A DNA stretch of 64,000 bases, from assembly GCA_031549385.1 (NCBI GenBank), contig JAVBPW010000002.1, positions 1 to 64,000 of the forward strand. The letters run 5' to 3'. Below, piece by piece: positions 1 to 10,024 of the stretch. The notes below the pieces were generated by a model. It did not search any database and was not told where the DNA came from. It saw nothing but the letters and a program-made list of their open reading frames with translations. Position numbers and translations under genes: made by a program. This DNA is from Alphaproteobacteria bacterium. Lineage in GTDB: Bacteria > Pseudomonadota > Alphaproteobacteria > Rs-D84 > SZUA-605. Each line of letters starts with the position of its first letter. The first letter of the stretch is position 1.

Positions 1-141
1 GGAAAATTGACCCAAAGATTTGGAGGAAAGTTGAACTATGTAACAAAGAATGGGTCAACAGTGGGAGTAGGCTTTGAAATGGATATCAGAGAGAACTATG
101 AATCACAAGAAATCCGAGTAGACTTAGGCTATAGATTCTAA
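1..141 (+). CDS. 3' end of an outer-membrane beta-barrel protein (autotransporter-like), truncated by window edge
   Basis: Frame 1 reads GKLTQRFGGKLNYVTKNGSTVGVGFEMDIRENYESQEIRVDLGYRF*; alternating beta-strand pattern with terminal YRF BAM signal; followed by a terminator. Confidence 0.65.
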   Translation, partial: GKLTQRFGGKLNYVTKNGSTVGVGFEMDIRENYESQEIRVDLGYRF

Positions 142-158
142 GAGTTGGATAGAAAAAT

Positions 159-188
159 AAAAAGGCCAGAGTAAAATCTGGCTTTTTA
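159..188 (+). terminator. Intrinsic terminator
   Basis: AAAAAGGCCAGA-GTAAAA-TCTGGCTTTTT hairpin after the stop at 141. Confidence 0.8.
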
Positions 189-228
189 ATTATATATTTA
201 ATGGTATCATAATACCTTATTAATTTTC

Positions 229-257
229 TTGACATTTATCAAGGGTTACAGCATAAT
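229..257 (+). promoter_or_regulatory. sigma70 promoter of the rplM operon
   Basis: TTGACA-17-CATAAT. Confidence 0.7.
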
Positions 258-289
258 ATCACGAGTTTAATTAAAAAAAGGAAAATGTA

Positions 290-760
290 ATGAGAAAAAC
301 ATATTCTGCGAAAAAATCAGAATGCAAGGCAGATTGGTTCATCATCGATGCTACTGACTGCGTAGTTGGAAGACTTGCTTCTTTTATTGCTATGAGATTA
401 CGTGGTAAGCATAAACCTATGTATACTCCTAATTTAGATTGTGGAGATAATATCATTGTTATTAATGCTGATAAAGTATATTTCACAGGTAATAAAGTAG
501 AAGACAAAAGATATTACCGTCACACAGGATATGCTGGTGGTCTTAAAGAAACTAGCCCAGAAAAATTATTAGCTGGAAAATATTCTAATAGAATTTTAGA
601 AAAAGCAGTTGAAAGAATGATTTCAAGAAACCCATTAGGACGTGAACAAATGACTAAATTACACGTTTATACTGGCGTTGCTCATAAACACGAAGCTCAA
701 AAACCTCAAGTTATTGACTTTGCATCTTTGAATCCTAAAAACGTAAGGAGAGTAAAATAA
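290..760 (+). CDS. rplM: 50S ribosomal protein L13
   Basis: [40 protein letters not shown]. Confidence 0.98.
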   Translation: MRKTYSAKKSECKADWFIIDATDCVVGRLASFIAMRLRGKHKPMYTPNLDCGDNIIVINADKVYFTGNKVEDKRYYRHTGYAGGLKETSPEKLLAGKYSNRILEKAVERMISRNPLGREQMTKLHVYTGVAHKHEAQKPQVIDFASLNPKNVRRVK

Positions 761-1173
761 TGGCTGAAGTAAAAAAAGAAGTTCTAAAAGTATCTAATTA
801 CGCTACTGGAAAAAGAAAGAATGCTATTGCTCGTGTTTGGTTAAAACCTGGTAAAGGTAAAATAGTTGTTAATGGTCGTGAAGTTTTAGATTATTTTAAA
901 AGACCAGTTTTACAATTGGTTATGAACCAACCTTTCTTAGTTACTAAGAGAGAAGGTATGTATGATGTTAATGCTACTGTTACTGGTGGTGGACTTTCAG
1001 GTCAAGCTGGAGCTGTTAAACATGGTATTTCAAAAGTATTGGATCAATTAGAACCTGGATTACATTCTGCTTTAAAAGAAGCTGGATTCTTAACTAGAGA
1101 CTCAAGAATTGTTGAAAGAAAGAAACCTGGACAAGCTAAAGCTAGAAAGAGATTCCAATTCTCTAAGAGATAA
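760..1173 (+). CDS. rpsI: 30S ribosomal protein S9
   Basis: [41 protein letters not shown]. Confidence 0.98.
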   Translation: MAEVKKEVLKVSNYATGKRKNAIARVWLKPGKGKIVVNGREVLDYFKRPVLQLVMNQPFLVTKREGMYDVNATVTGGGLSGQAGAVKHGISKVLDQLEPGLHSALKEAGFLTRDSRIVERKKPGQAKARKRFQFSKR

Positions 1174-1194
1174 TTTTAATAAAGGAATAAAAAA

Positions 1195-1488
1195 ATGTTT
1201 GCAATTATAAAAACTGGTGGAAAACAATATAAAGTAGCTAAAGACGATATTATCTTTATTGAAAAAATCGATGGAGATGGAAAAATCGAATTTAATGAAG
1301 TTCTTATGATAGATGATAAAATTGGAACTCCATTTATTAGCGGTGCTAAAGTTGTTGGACAAATATTAGAACAAAAAAAAGATGATAAAGTTCTAATCTT
1401 TAAAAAGAAAAGAAGACATAACTATCGTAGATTACGTGGTCATCGTCAATTGTTAACCGTTGTTAAGATAACTGATATCAAAGCGTAA
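1195..1488 (+). CDS. rplU: 50S ribosomal protein L21
   Basis: MFAIIKTGGKQYKV, FKKKRRHNYRRLRGHRQ. Confidence 0.98.
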   Translation: MFAIIKTGGKQYKVAKDDIIFIEKIDGDGKIEFNEVLMIDDKIGTPFISGAKVVGQILEQKKDDKVLIFKKKRRHNYRRLRGHRQLLTVVKITDIKA

Positions 1489-1498
1489 GGAGTAAAGT

Positions 1499-1753
1499 AT
1501 GGCAACACATAAAGCTGGGGGTTCGACCCAAAATGGAAGAGATTCCGCAGGAAGAAGACTTGGTATTAAAAAGTATGGTGGACAAACTGTAATACCTGGC
1601 AATATCATTATTCGTCAACGTGGTACAAAATATCACCCTGGATTGAATGTTGGTATGGGTAAAGATCATACTATTTTCTCTAAGATCGAAGGCGTTGTTG
1701 AATTTAAGCGCGGAAGAAACGATAAGAATGTTGTTTCCGTTATGCCAAAATAA
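1499..1753 (+). CDS. rpmA: 50S ribosomal protein L27
   Basis: [34 protein letters not shown]. Confidence 0.98.
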   Translation: MATHKAGGSTQNGRDSAGRRLGIKKYGGQTVIPGNIIIRQRGTKYHPGLNVGMGKDHTIFSKIEGVVEFKRGRNDKNVVSVMPK

Positions 1754-2115
1754 TGTCTGACTGGGAAAAAATTATAAAAGAAATTCAGCCTTTGAAAAAG
1801 AAGGCTGTTTCTTTTTCATCCCAAAAATTGAAATTAAAAAATCCTAAAGAAAGCTCAGTTAAAACTAATTGGACTCCAAAAGAGCCTAAGGTATACCCTA
1901 GATTAGATTTACATGGTTTTACTGAAGAAGGTGCGTTTGAAAGAATAAAGGCTTTCTTTGAAGCTAATAAAGGTCAAGAAGTACGTGTTATTACTGGAAA
2001 ATCTGGAATACTTAGACAAAACTTTCCAAGATGGTGTGAATTAGGTGTTTTATCAAAATATTGTAAATATATAAAACTTGAAGAAACGGGTGGGTCTTTT
2101 TTAGTGAAATTGTAA
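1753..2115 (+). CDS. Smr/MutS2 C-terminal domain protein
   Basis: LDLHGFT..A, VITGKSG, GGSFLV Smr motifs; TAATG-coupled to rpmA. Confidence 0.9.
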   Translation: MSDWEKIIKEIQPLKKKAVSFSSQKLKLKNPKESSVKTNWTPKEPKVYPRLDLHGFTEEGAFERIKAFFEANKGQEVRVITGKSGILRQNFPRWCELGVLSKYCKYIKLEETGGSFLVKL

Positions 2116-2188
2116 TAAAAACTTGAGAAATCTGAGATTTTATATTAAATAAAAAATGTAAACTTAATTTAATAAACTTAAAAAATAT

Positions 2189-2491
2189 ATGAAGATAAAA
2201 ACAATGTACCTTGTTGCCTATATGTTAGGTATGCCTACTATACCACTTGATGAACGGCAACTTGAAATGGATGCAGAAAAGGAAGTAAATGAAAAATTTC
2301 CTGATTTGTATAGGGATGAAGTTCTCAATAATTATCCTGAGATAGAGAGTTATTTTGGAGAATTTCTCAAGTCTACTATAAATGCTACAACCCCGAAAGA
2401 GTATATTGAGGGGGTATTCCAAATAATCCATAAAGCACAATTACCCTTGGAATTGGATATTCGATCAAAAAGGTATTTTGAAACAGGTTAG
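2189..2491 (+). CDS. Orphan hypothetical protein (100 aa)
   Basis: Clean ORF, AAACTTA x2 leader, own terminator; no recognisable motif. Confidence 0.65.
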   Translation: MKIKTMYLVAYMLGMPTIPLDERQLEMDAEKEVNEKFPDLYRDEVLNNYPEIESYFGEFLKSTINATTPKEYIEGVFQIIHKAQLPLELDIRSKRYFETG

Positions 2492-2497
2492 GACTAT

Positions 2498-2521
2498 AAG
2501 ACGGCTTTTGCCGTCTTTTTT
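2498..2521 (+). terminator. Intrinsic terminator
   Basis: AAGACGGC-TTTT-GCCGTCTT plus T-run. Confidence 0.85.
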
Positions 2522-2525
2522 GTTC

Positions 2526-2645
2526 TGGTAGTTGAATTTTGGCTGTAAAAGTATTTAAAATTATGTCACCATATCACGTAGCTTTTGTACGCTCAGGGTT
2601 CCATAATTTCAAATACTTCTGTCCTCGCTCAAAATTGAACAACCA
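2526..2645. repeat. Dispersed palindromic hairpin element, copy 1
   Basis: Core TCACGTA-GCTTTTG-TACGCTCA (2574-2595); arms AAGTATTT/AAATACTT, AAATTATG/CATAATTT, AATTTTG-GC/GC-T-CAAAATT. Confidence 0.9.
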
Positions 2646-2655
2646 TATAAAATAC

Positions 2656-2684
2656 TTGACAAATGTTAATTTTTGTGCTATATA
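2656..2684 (+). promoter_or_regulatory. sigma70 promoter
   Basis: TTGACA-17-TATATA with TG extended -10. Confidence 0.75.
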
Positions 2685-2730
2685 TAAGTTGTTAATATAA
2701 ACCTAAAAAACAAACATAATATTAAAAAAA

Positions 2731-3108
2731 ATGAAAGATTTGCAAATTTTAAACAATGGAAGGCTTTATGACTTCTTTGATGTAGAAAAAACCTTTTCAA
2801 AGAAAGAAATCAAGTCAGTCATAAGGCATCTTAGTTCTATATCTGATAAAGAAGTACAAGAGATGATTATAGAAGATTCCTTATGGGGTTTTCTTTGGAC
2901 TGTTAATGAAACGGTAAAAGAAAAGAGAAATTCGTTGAATAAAGAAATCCTTCAAGGATTATGGAAAAATAGAAAAACGTTTTACATTTTTCTTCAATTT
3001 ATGAAAAGAGGATATTTTGAACACTTTATTTATGTTGAATTTTTACATTTCTATAACCGGAAGTATCGTCCTGTAAGGCGGTTCGTTAGAAACTTGTGTT
3101 TCAATTAA
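2731..3108 (+). CDS. Orphan hypothetical protein (125 aa)
   Basis: ORF between promoter and terminator; SD-less A-rich leader. Confidence 0.7.
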   Translation: MKDLQILNNGRLYDFFDVEKTFSKKEIKSVIRHLSSISDKEVQEMIIEDSLWGFLWTVNETVKEKRNSLNKEILQGLWKNRKTFYIFLQFMKRGYFEHFIYVEFLHFYNRKYRPVRRFVRNLCFN

Positions 3109-3112
3109 TATT

Positions 3113-3136
3113 AAGGAGCTTTGTGCTCCTTTTTTT
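3113..3136 (+). terminator. Intrinsic terminator
   Basis: AAGGAGC-TTTGT-GCTCCTT plus T-run. Confidence 0.85.
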
Positions 3137-3206
3137 ATTTTCATTTTTCTTGAAAAGGGGGATTAAATCATTAACATTATTACAAATATAAAAAAGGAAG
3201 AGAATA

Positions 3207-4139
3207 ATGGAAAAATTAGTTATTATTGGATCAGGTTGCGCTGGATTGACTGCTGCTATTTATGCTACACGTGCTTTGCTTAATCCTCTTGTTATTATTG
3301 GTAATCATGATGGTGGAGCTTTGACTGATACTATGGAAGTTGAAAATTTTCCTGGATTTCCTGAACCAGTTAGTGGGGCAGAAATTTTAGGTAATATGAA
3401 AAAACAAGCTAAAAATTTAGGTGCTAGATTCCAATCTGGAATGGTTGAAAAAATTGAAAAGCTTGATGATAAAGCAGGGTTCATTATTCATATAAAAGGG
3501 AAAGATTCTATTCAAGCTTATTCTGTGATTATTGCAACTGGGGCGACTGCTCGTTGGTTGGGATGTAAGGGCGAAGATAAGTTTAGAGGACATGGGGTTT
3601 CTGTGTGTGCTACATGTGATGGATTCTTTTATAAAGAAAAAAAAGTAGCCGTTGTTGGTGGTGGAAATACTGCTTTGTGTGATGCTAAATATTTATCAAA
3701 ACTTGCTGAAAAAGTTTATATTGTTTATCGTCGTGGAGAATTTAGAACTAATTTTAAAATGGTTGAAGAATTAAAGAAAACTCCTAATGTTGAATTGGTT
3801 CTTGAATCAGTTGTTGAAGAAGTTAAGGGGGACGATTTAGTTAAATCTATTATTGTTAAAAATCTTAAAAGTGATGATACAAAAGAATTAGAAGTTGATG
3901 GTGTTTTTGTTGCTATTGGTTGTGATCCTAATACTAAATTTGTTGATGGTTTAATCAATTTGGATGATGCTGGTTTTATTGAATTAAAATCTGGAACAAC
4001 TGAAACTTCTATGGAAGGAATTTTTGCTTGTGGTGATTGTGCTAATCCAAAGCATCAACAAGCTGTGATTGCTGCTGGGCATGGTGCAGAGGCTGCTATT
4101 GCTTGTGAACATTTTATAATGGAAAGGTGGCCAAATTAA
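3207..4139 (+). CDS. trxB: Thioredoxin-disulfide reductase
   Basis: IIGSGCAGLTAAIY, VENFPGF, CATCDG active site, VVGGGNTA, GIFACGD. Confidence 0.96.
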   Translation: MEKLVIIGSGCAGLTAAIYATRALLNPLVIIGNHDGGALTDTMEVENFPGFPEPVSGAEILGNMKKQAKNLGARFQSGMVEKIEKLDDKAGFIIHIKGKDSIQAYSVIIATGATARWLGCKGEDKFRGHGVSVCATCDGFFYKEKKVAVVGGGNTALCDAKYLSKLAEKVYIVYRRGEFRTNFKMVEELKKTPNVELVLESVVEEVKGDDLVKSIIVKNLKSDDTKELEVDGVFVAIGCDPNTKFVDGLINLDDAGFIELKSGTTETSMEGIFACGDCANPKHQQAVIAAGHGAEAAIACEHFIMERWPN

Positions 4140-5506
4140 TGAATTCATTTAAGTTACCTAATGGGATTAATGAAGATACTATACGTGCTATTTCTCGTAT
4201 AAAAAATGAGTCCTCTTGGGTGCTTGATTTCAGATTGAAAGCTTATCAGACTTGGTTAAAAATGGAAGAACCTCATTGGGCAGAATTTAATTATGAGCCT
4301 ATTGATTATTCTTCGTTTTCATATTTTGCTTTGCCACAAAAAAAACAACCTAAAAATTTAGAAGAAGTAGATCCTAGAATTTTAAAAATCTATCAAGAAC
4401 TTGGTATTCCTTTGAATGAAAGAGAAAAATTATCTGGTATTGCTGTGGACGCGGTTGTTGATTCTCAATCTGTTGCTACTACTTATAAAGATGAACTTAA
4501 AAAATTAGGAATTGTTTTTTGTTCGTTTTCTGAAGCATTAAAAGAACATAAAGATTTAGTTCAAAAATATATGAACTCTGTTGTTACTGTTAATGATAAT
4601 TTCTTTTCTGCATTGAATGCTGCTGTGTTTTCTGATGGGACTTTTATTTATATTCCTAAAGGAGTTAAATGTCCTATTGAATTATCAACTTATTTTAGAT
4701 TGGATGCAGAAAAAACTGGGCAGTTTGAAAGGACATTAATTATTGCTGATGAGGGTTCTGAATTATCCTATTTAGAAGGGTGTTCTGCTCCATCTTATGA
4801 TGAGCGACAATTGCATTGTGGGATAGTTGAAATTGTTGCGTTAAAAAATTCTAAGGTATTTTATTCTACTGTGCAAAATTGGTATTCAGGGGATGAAAAA
4901 GGTAAGGGTGGAATTTATAATTTTGTTACTAAGAGAGCTATACTTGAAGAGAATACTTATGTTAAATGGACACAGTTAGAAGTAGGTTCTTTATATACTT
5001 GGAAATATCCTTCTTGTATTTTAAAAGGTGATAATTCTAAAGGAGAATTTTATTCGGTTACACTTACTAATAAAATGCAAGCGGCTGACACTGGAACAAA
5101 GATGATTCACATTGGAAAAAATACTACTTCCAATATTATTGCTAAAGGAATTTCTGTTGGTAATTCTAATCAAACTTACAGAAGCTTAGTTAAGATTGCA
5201 AAGGCTGCTACTAACTCACATAATCAAACTAAATGTGATGGGATTTTAGTTGGTGGAAGTAATAAAAATAATACTGTGCCAGTTATTGAAAATAATAATA
5301 ATTCTTCATCTGTTACTCATGAGGCTACTACATCTAAGGTAGATACTCGCAAGCTAAATTACTTGCAAAGTAAGGGGATGAGTGAGGATGAGGCTATATC
5401 TTTGATTATAAATGGGTTCTGTAAAAATATCATAGATCAATTGCCTAATGAATTTGCTTTTGAAGCTAAACAATTGATTAATGTAGCTCTTTCTGGTAAA
5501 TTATAA
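4127..5506 (+). CDS. sufB: Fe-S cluster assembly protein SufB (start 4127 GTG or 4139 ATG)
   Basis: DNFFSALNAAVFSDGTFIYIPKGV, GQFERTLIIA, YLEGCSAP, YSTVQNWY, TWKYPS, QAADTGTKM. Confidence 0.95.
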   Translation: MAKLMNSFKLPNGINEDTIRAISRIKNESSWVLDFRLKAYQTWLKMEEPHWAEFNYEPIDYSSFSYFALPQKKQPKNLEEVDPRILKIYQELGIPLNEREKLSGIAVDAVVDSQSVATTYKDELKKLGIVFCSFSEALKEHKDLVQKYMNSVVTVNDNFFSALNAAVFSDGTFIYIPKGVKCPIELSTYFRLDAEKTGQFERTLIIADEGSELSYLEGCSAPSYDERQLHCGIVEIVALKNSKVFYSTVQNWYSGDEKGKGGIYNFVTKRAILEENTYVKWTQLEVGSLYTWKYPSCILKGDNSKGEFYSVTLTNKMQAADTGTKMIHIGKNTTSNIIAKGISVGNSNQTYRSLVKIAKAATNSHNQTKCDGILVGGSNKNNTVPVIENNNNSSSVTHEATTSKVDTRKLNYLQSKGMSEDEAISLIINGFCKNIIDQLPNEFAFEAKQLINVALSGKL

Positions 5507-5514
5507 ACTTTTTG

Positions 5515-5542
5515 TTGACATAATAATTTTTTTGTTTAAAAT
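5515..5542 (+). promoter_or_regulatory. sigma70 promoter
   Basis: TTGACA-16-TAAAAT. Confidence 0.65.
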
Positions 5543-5589
5543 GGTATATCCGTTTTATATATAATCAAACTTAATAAAATAAACTTAGT

Positions 5590-5862
5590 ATGAACAACAG
5601 TAATGTGAGTAACAAAGAGCTAAAACAAATGATTGAAGCAGGGTTGTGGGGGCAATTGTCCACACATTCAAGCTATCCTGAGAGTATCCAAGTAAGGATA
5701 ATGCACACTGTTCCAACAGACCAAGTTGGATTGTTTATTGGCAAATGCCAATCACAAAAGGCCCAAAAAAGATTTAAAGGGCGAGTGGCAACTTTCAGTA
5801 AGAATGAGCAAATACGTATGAATAACAGGTTTGGAAAATACCTCCAACCGGAAACTGCGTAA
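5590..5862 (+). CDS. Orphan hypothetical protein (90 aa)
   Basis: ORF after promoter and AAACTTA x2 leader. Confidence 0.65.
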   Translation: MNNSNVSNKELKQMIEAGLWGQLSTHSSYPESIQVRIMHTVPTDQVGLFIGKCQSQKAQKRFKGRVATFSKNEQIRMNNRFGKYLQPETA

Positions 5863-5926
5863 AAAGCAAAAACTTATCTTTGTTTAATTGTGAAAAAAAC
5901 TGTTAAAAATTAACACCTGTTGGTGT

Positions 5927-5950
5927 GGCGTCCTTTAAGGGCGCCCTTTT
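5927..5950 (+). terminator. Intrinsic terminator-like hairpin
   Basis: GGCGTCCT-TTA-AGGGCGCC-CTTTT. Confidence 0.7.
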
Positions 5951-5980
5951 ATTGCAACTAATTTAAAACCTAAAAATAAC

Positions 5981-6115
5981 ATGAGTAATCTTAGTAATGA
6001 TGAGAAGCCAAGGCGCTTAAGTGCAAAGGAAGTTCGTGAAATGAACAGAAGAAATTCTGGAAAAAGGAATGTCCAAAACCGGGGTAAAAGCTCCGGAAAA
6101 AAGGAACAAAGTTAG
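5981..6115 (+). CDS. Small basic orphan protein (44 aa; below the ORF-track cutoff)
   Basis: MSNLSNDEKPRRLSAKEVREMNRRNSGKRNVQNRGKSSGKKEQS*; AAACCTA leader and own terminator. Confidence 0.55.
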   Translation: MSNLSNDEKPRRLSAKEVREMNRRNSGKRNVQNRGKSSGKKEQS

Positions 6116-6134
6116 TTATAGTTTATTAATCTTT

Positions 6135-6159
6135 AGCCACTCGAAAGGGTGGTTTTTTT
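6135..6159 (+). terminator. Intrinsic terminator
   Basis: AGCCACTC-GAAA-GGGTGGTT plus T-run. Confidence 0.85.
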
Positions 6160-6177
6160 CTAATTTTCAATACTGGC

Positions 6178-6207
6178 TTGACTTTTGGTGTTTTTGCACT
6201 ATATAAT
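6178..6207 (+). promoter_or_regulatory. sigma70 promoter
   Basis: TTGACT-16-TATATA or -18-TATAAT. Confidence 0.65.
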
Positions 6208-6251
6208 CTTCGAACTTATTAAAAATCAAACCTATAAATAAACTTAAATTT

Positions 6252-6500
6252 ATGTATCAATATTGTTTCGAAGCGCTTAAAAATGCGAATGATTGGAGGT
6301 CTATCTTAGACTTTTTTGAATTCTTAAGTCCTCGACAGAGGATAGAGTTTTATCAAAATGCTCCTGTGGAGTATGTTGAGTTGGGAATTCTTCTTGATGG
6401 AGGTTATACTCCATCTGATCATGATCGTTTTTTAAGAGAAAGGCTTGATGAAGAAGAAATAAGTGAATTATTTTTTAATTCAGAAGCGCTTGTTATGTGA
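6252..6500 (+). CDS. Orphan acidic hypothetical protein (82 aa)
   Basis: ORF with promoter, AAACCTA/AAACTTA leader and terminator. Confidence 0.65.
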   Translation: MYQYCFEALKNANDWRSILDFFEFLSPRQRIEFYQNAPVEYVELGILLDGGYTPSDHDRFLRERLDEEEISELFFNSEALVM

Positions 6501-6504
6501 CTAC

Positions 6505-6541
6505 AAAAAATATTGCTCCTTTTATGGAGCAATAATTTTTT
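6505..6541. terminator. Bidirectional terminator
   Basis: TATTGCTCC-TTTTAT-GGAGCAATA flanked by A and T runs between convergent genes. Confidence 0.8.
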
Positions 6542-6562
6542 ACCTGATATTTAGGGGAAATT

Positions 6563-7216
6563 TTATTTAATTTTTGAATTTATATATTTTAATGCTTCTT
6601 CTATTGTTTGTTTTTCTGTTAGCTTGGTATTATCTAATAAAAATGCATCTTTTGCCATTTTTAATGGTGAAATTTTTCTTGTTTGATCGTTGTTATCACG
6701 AATTGCTAATTCTTCTGTAACTTGTTTTAAATTAACTTTTTTACCTTTTAATTTTAATTCGTCATATCTTCTTTTTCCTCTTGTTTCAAGAGAGGCTGTT
6801 AGAAATATTTTAATAGGTGCTTTTGGAAAAGCTTCTGTTTGAATATTACGACCACTTATTATAAAACCATCATATTCATCTTTTAATTCTTTTACTAAAT
6901 TATGTAAAAGTTTTATTAATCCATAAGAAATTTCTTTTACACCACCTATACAACTTGTTAATGTTGATACTTCACTGGATTTTAAATCTTTATCTTTTAA
7001 TGCTTTTTGAATGTCTTCATATTTCATTTTCTTGATTAATTTTAATGCAGCTTTTTCATCATTTGTTCCTTGTCTTATTAAGTACAAAGATAATGAACGA
7101 AGAGCTACACCAGTATCAAGGTGAAGAAATTTTAGCTTTTTTGCAAGAGCTATACATAAAGAAGTTTTACCAGATGCTGATGTACCATCAAGTGCAACTA
7201 TTATAGGCCTTTTCAT
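6563..7216 (-). CDS. cmk: Cytidylate kinase
   Basis: IIVALDGTSASGKT P-loop, HLDTG, KIFLTASLETRGKRR, RDNND..R..SPL; start placed at MKRPII. Confidence 0.9.
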   Translation of the reverse strand: MKRPIIVALDGTSASGKTSLCIALAKKLKFLHLDTGVALRSLSLYLIRQGTNDEKAALKLIKKMKYEDIQKALKDKDLKSSEVSTLTSCIGGVKEISYGLIKLLHNLVKELKDEYDGFIISGRNIQTEAFPKAPIKIFLTASLETRGKRRYDELKLKGKKVNLKQVTEELAIRDNNDQTRKISPLKMAKDAFLLDNTKLTEKQTIEEALKYINSKIK

Positions 7217-7217
7217 T

Positions 7218-8459
7218 TTATGCCTTCTTTTTTGTGTTTGCATAAATTGTTAGTGGAGCACTGTGATGTTCAACAGTTTCTTTATTTACTATCAATTCTT
7301 CTACATTCTTATTGTCTGGAATATTAAACATAGGTTCAAGTAATAATTGTTCCATGATTGAACGCAATCCTCTTGCTCCTGTCTTTCTTTTTAATGCTTC
7401 GTCTGCTATTGCAACAAGAGCATCTTCTGTGAATTTTAGCTTTACATTTTCCATTGCAAATAATGCTTCATATTGCTTTGTTAAAGCATTCTTTGGTTTT
7501 GTTAGAATTTGTATTAATGCATCACGATCTAAATCATCTAATGTTGCTATCAGTGGCATACGTCCAATTAATTCTGGAATAAGACCAAATTTTACTAGGT
7601 CTTGAACTTCTACTTTTTTGAATAGTTCTGATAATTGATGTGAACTTTTTGATTTAACTTCTGCACCAAATCCCATTGAAGTTTGGTTTGTTCTTTTTTC
7701 TATAATTTTATCCAAGCCATCAAAAGCTCCACCACATACAAACAATATGTTTGATGTATCAATTTGAACTAGTTCTTGTTGTGGGTGTTTTCTTCCACCT
7801 TGTGGTGTTATTGATGCAATTGTACCTTCCATTAATTTTAATAATGCTTGTTGTACGCCTTCACCAGATACATCACGTGTTAATGATGGATTGTCTGATT
7901 TTCTTGTAATCTTATCAATTTCGTCAATATAGATTATTCCTTGTTGGGCTTTTTCTACATCATAATCTGCAGCTTGTAATAGTTTAGAAATTATTGTTTC
8001 TACGTCGTCTCCTACATATCCTGCTTCAGTTAATGTTGTTGCGTCTGCAATTGCAAATGGAACATCCAATACTCTTGCAAGAGTTTGTGCAAGTAATGTT
8101 TTTCCTGAACCTGTTGAACCAATCAATAAGATATTTGATTTTTGAATTTCTACTTCATTTTCTTCAAGTTTGCTTAAATGTCTTTTATAGTGATTATAAA
8201 CAGCAACTGATAAAATCTTTTTTGCAGATGTTTGGCCAATAACAAATTCATCCAATGCTTTATATAATTGTGATGGTGTTGGAATATCTTTATATTGTTT
8301 TAGATTTTGTTTTTTATTATTGTCTTTAATAATATCTACGCACAATGTAATACATTCATCACAGATAAATGTAGATGGACCAGCAATGAGCTTTTTAACC
8401 TCATGTTGTGATTTTCCACAAAATGAACAGTACTTAGTTAATTTTTTTGTATCTTCCAT
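7218..8459 (-). CDS. clpX: ATP-dependent Clp protease ATP-binding subunit ClpX
   Basis: CSFCGK zinc finger, [38 protein letters not shown]. Confidence 0.98.
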   Translation of the reverse strand: MEDTKKLTKYCSFCGKSQHEVKKLIAGPSTFICDECITLCVDIIKDNNKKQNLKQYKDIPTPSQLYKALDEFVIGQTSAKKILSVAVYNHYKRHLSKLEENEVEIQKSNILLIGSTGSGKTLLAQTLARVLDVPFAIADATTLTEAGYVGDDVETIISKLLQAADYDVEKAQQGIIYIDEIDKITRKSDNPSLTRDVSGEGVQQALLKLMEGTIASITPQGGRKHPQQELVQIDTSNILFVCGGAFDGLDKIIEKRTNQTSMGFGAEVKSKSSHQLSELFKKVEVQDLVKFGLIPELIGRMPLIATLDDLDRDALIQILTKPKNALTKQYEALFAMENVKLKFTEDALVAIADEALKRKTGARGLRSIMEQLLLEPMFNIPDNKNVEELIVNKETVEHHSAPLTIYANTKKKA

Positions 8460-8469
8460 ATCATTCCTT

Positions 8470-8596
8470 TAAACTTTATTCTATGGACTGCGATTCAAAA
8501 GGATTAAAAATTGTGACACGCATCACGTAGCTATATGTATGCTCAGGTGTCCCAGATTTTAAATACTTTTGTTCTCGTCTCATATAATTAAGTTTA
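8470..8596. repeat. Dispersed palindromic hairpin element, copy 2 (between clpP and clpX)
   Basis: Core TCACGTA-GCTATATG-TATGCTCA; arms GACAC/GTGTC, CAAAAG/CTTTTG, TATG-GAC/GTC-T-CATA. Confidence 0.9.
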
Positions 8597-8614
8597 CCTT
8601 TATTTATATCTGTG

Positions 8615-9226
8615 TTATCCGTTTTGGTTTGCGTTTCTTGTTGTGAAAACTTTATCTATAAGGCCAAAAGATTTTGCTTCTTCTGCTGACATAAAGTTAT
8701 CTCTTTCTGTTGCTTGTTCAACTGCCTTTATTGTTTGGCCTGTGTGTTTTGAAAGCAATGTATTTAATTTTTGTTTTGTTTTAATTATTTCTTTTGCATG
8801 GATTTCAATGTCAGTTGCTTGACCTTGAGCTCCGCCTAATGGTTGGTGTATCATTATTCTTGCATTTGGGAGAGCTATTCTTTTGCCCTTTGTTCCACCT
8901 GATAGTAGGAAAGCACCCATTGATGAGGCTGATCCTATACAGATTGTTGATACATCACATCTTATATATTGCATAGTATCGTAAATTGCAAGCCCTGCGT
9001 CTACTTCTCCACCTGGAGAGTTGATGTAGATAGAAATGTCTTTATCTGCATTTTCTGATTCTAAAAATAGGAGCTGTGCACAAACTAGTGAGGCTGTTAC
9101 TGAATTTATTGGACCTGTTAAAAATATTATTCTTTCTTTTAAAAGCCTTGAAAACACGTCATATGCGCGTTCTCCGCGACCTGTACTTTCAACAACCATT
9201 GGGACTAAATCGGCGTGTATGTTCAT
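8615..9226 (-). CDS. clpP: ATP-dependent Clp protease proteolytic subunit
   Basis: [37 protein letters not shown]. Confidence 0.98.
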   Translation of the reverse strand: MNIHADLVPMVVESTGRGERAYDVFSRLLKERIIFLTGPINSVTASLVCAQLLFLESENADKDISIYINSPGGEVDAGLAIYDTMQYIRCDVSTICIGSASSMGAFLLSGGTKGKRIALPNARIMIHQPLGGAQGQATDIEIHAKEIIKTKQKLNTLLSKHTGQTIKAVEQATERDNFMSAEEAKSFGLIDKVFTTRNANQNG

Positions 9227-9337
9227 AAATAACTCCATTTAATTATTAGATGTTGTTTATTCTAGCAATTTTTTTTGAAATTTTCATCAAAAATTTTGTG
9301 TCTTTTTCAAAATTTTGGACTTGATTTTTAAAATAGC

Positions 9338-10024
9338 CTAAATTTTAGGGAATTTTTCTTCTCTGACCCCAGCTTTTTCAAGGTCTTTGAGTTGATAAGG
9401 ACCATATGAGAATCGTGTTAATTCTTTAACTTGATGACCTAAGTATTCGAAAATGCGACGTATTTCTCTGTTTTTTCCTTCTGTAAGATATACATTTAAG
9501 GAAGAAAATTTGTCGTTTTGGTCTAAAATTTCTGCTTTTAATCCTTTGTAGTTAAAACCATCTATCGTTATTCCCTTTTCAAGGGAGGTTAGTGTTGGTT
9601 TTGTTATTTTACCTTCTATTTTTATCTTATAACCTCTGATTTGGTTTCCTCTTTCAAGCTTTTCTTTCAATTTTGCATCGTTTGTAAGCAAAAGTAGGCC
9701 TTTTGAGTTGAAATCGAGTCGTCCTATATAATGGAAGTTAGCTAATTCTTTAGGTAGGATATCAAATATTGTAGGTCTGCCTTTTTCATCACTGTGCGAT
9801 GTTATGTAGTTTGCTGGTTTATGGAAAGCTATTAGGCGTTTTTCTATCTTTAGGTTTATTGTTTTACCGTTTATTTCAATTTTGTCTCCCGTTGTGGCTT
9901 GTTGGCCTAATACAGCTGGTTTGCTATTTACTTTAACCTTACCATCGCGAATCAGTTGTTCAGCGGCTCTTCTTGAATATAAATTACTTGATGCTATTAA
10001 TTTTGTTAGGTATTCTAACTTCAT
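9338..10024 (-). CDS. rRNA pseudouridine synthase (RsuA/RluB family)
   Basis: S4 domain (SRRAAEQLI), GRLD catalytic motif, EGKNREIRR. Confidence 0.92.
   Translation of the reverse strand: MKLEYLTKLIASSNLYSRRAAEQLIRDGKVKVNSKPAVLGQQATTGDKIEINGKTINLKIEKRLIAFHKPANYITSHSDEKGRPTIFDILPKELANFHYIGRLDFNSKGLLLLTNDAKLKEKLERGNQIRGYKIKIEGKITKPTLTSLEKGITIDGFNYKGLKAEILDQNDKFSSLNVYLTEGKNREIRRIFEYLGHQVKELTRFSYGPYQLKDLEKAGVREEKFPKI

Noticed and set aside
2498-2517. Neisseria-like DNA uptake sequence (GCCGTCT) in a terminator
   Set aside because: Partial match seen at only this one site
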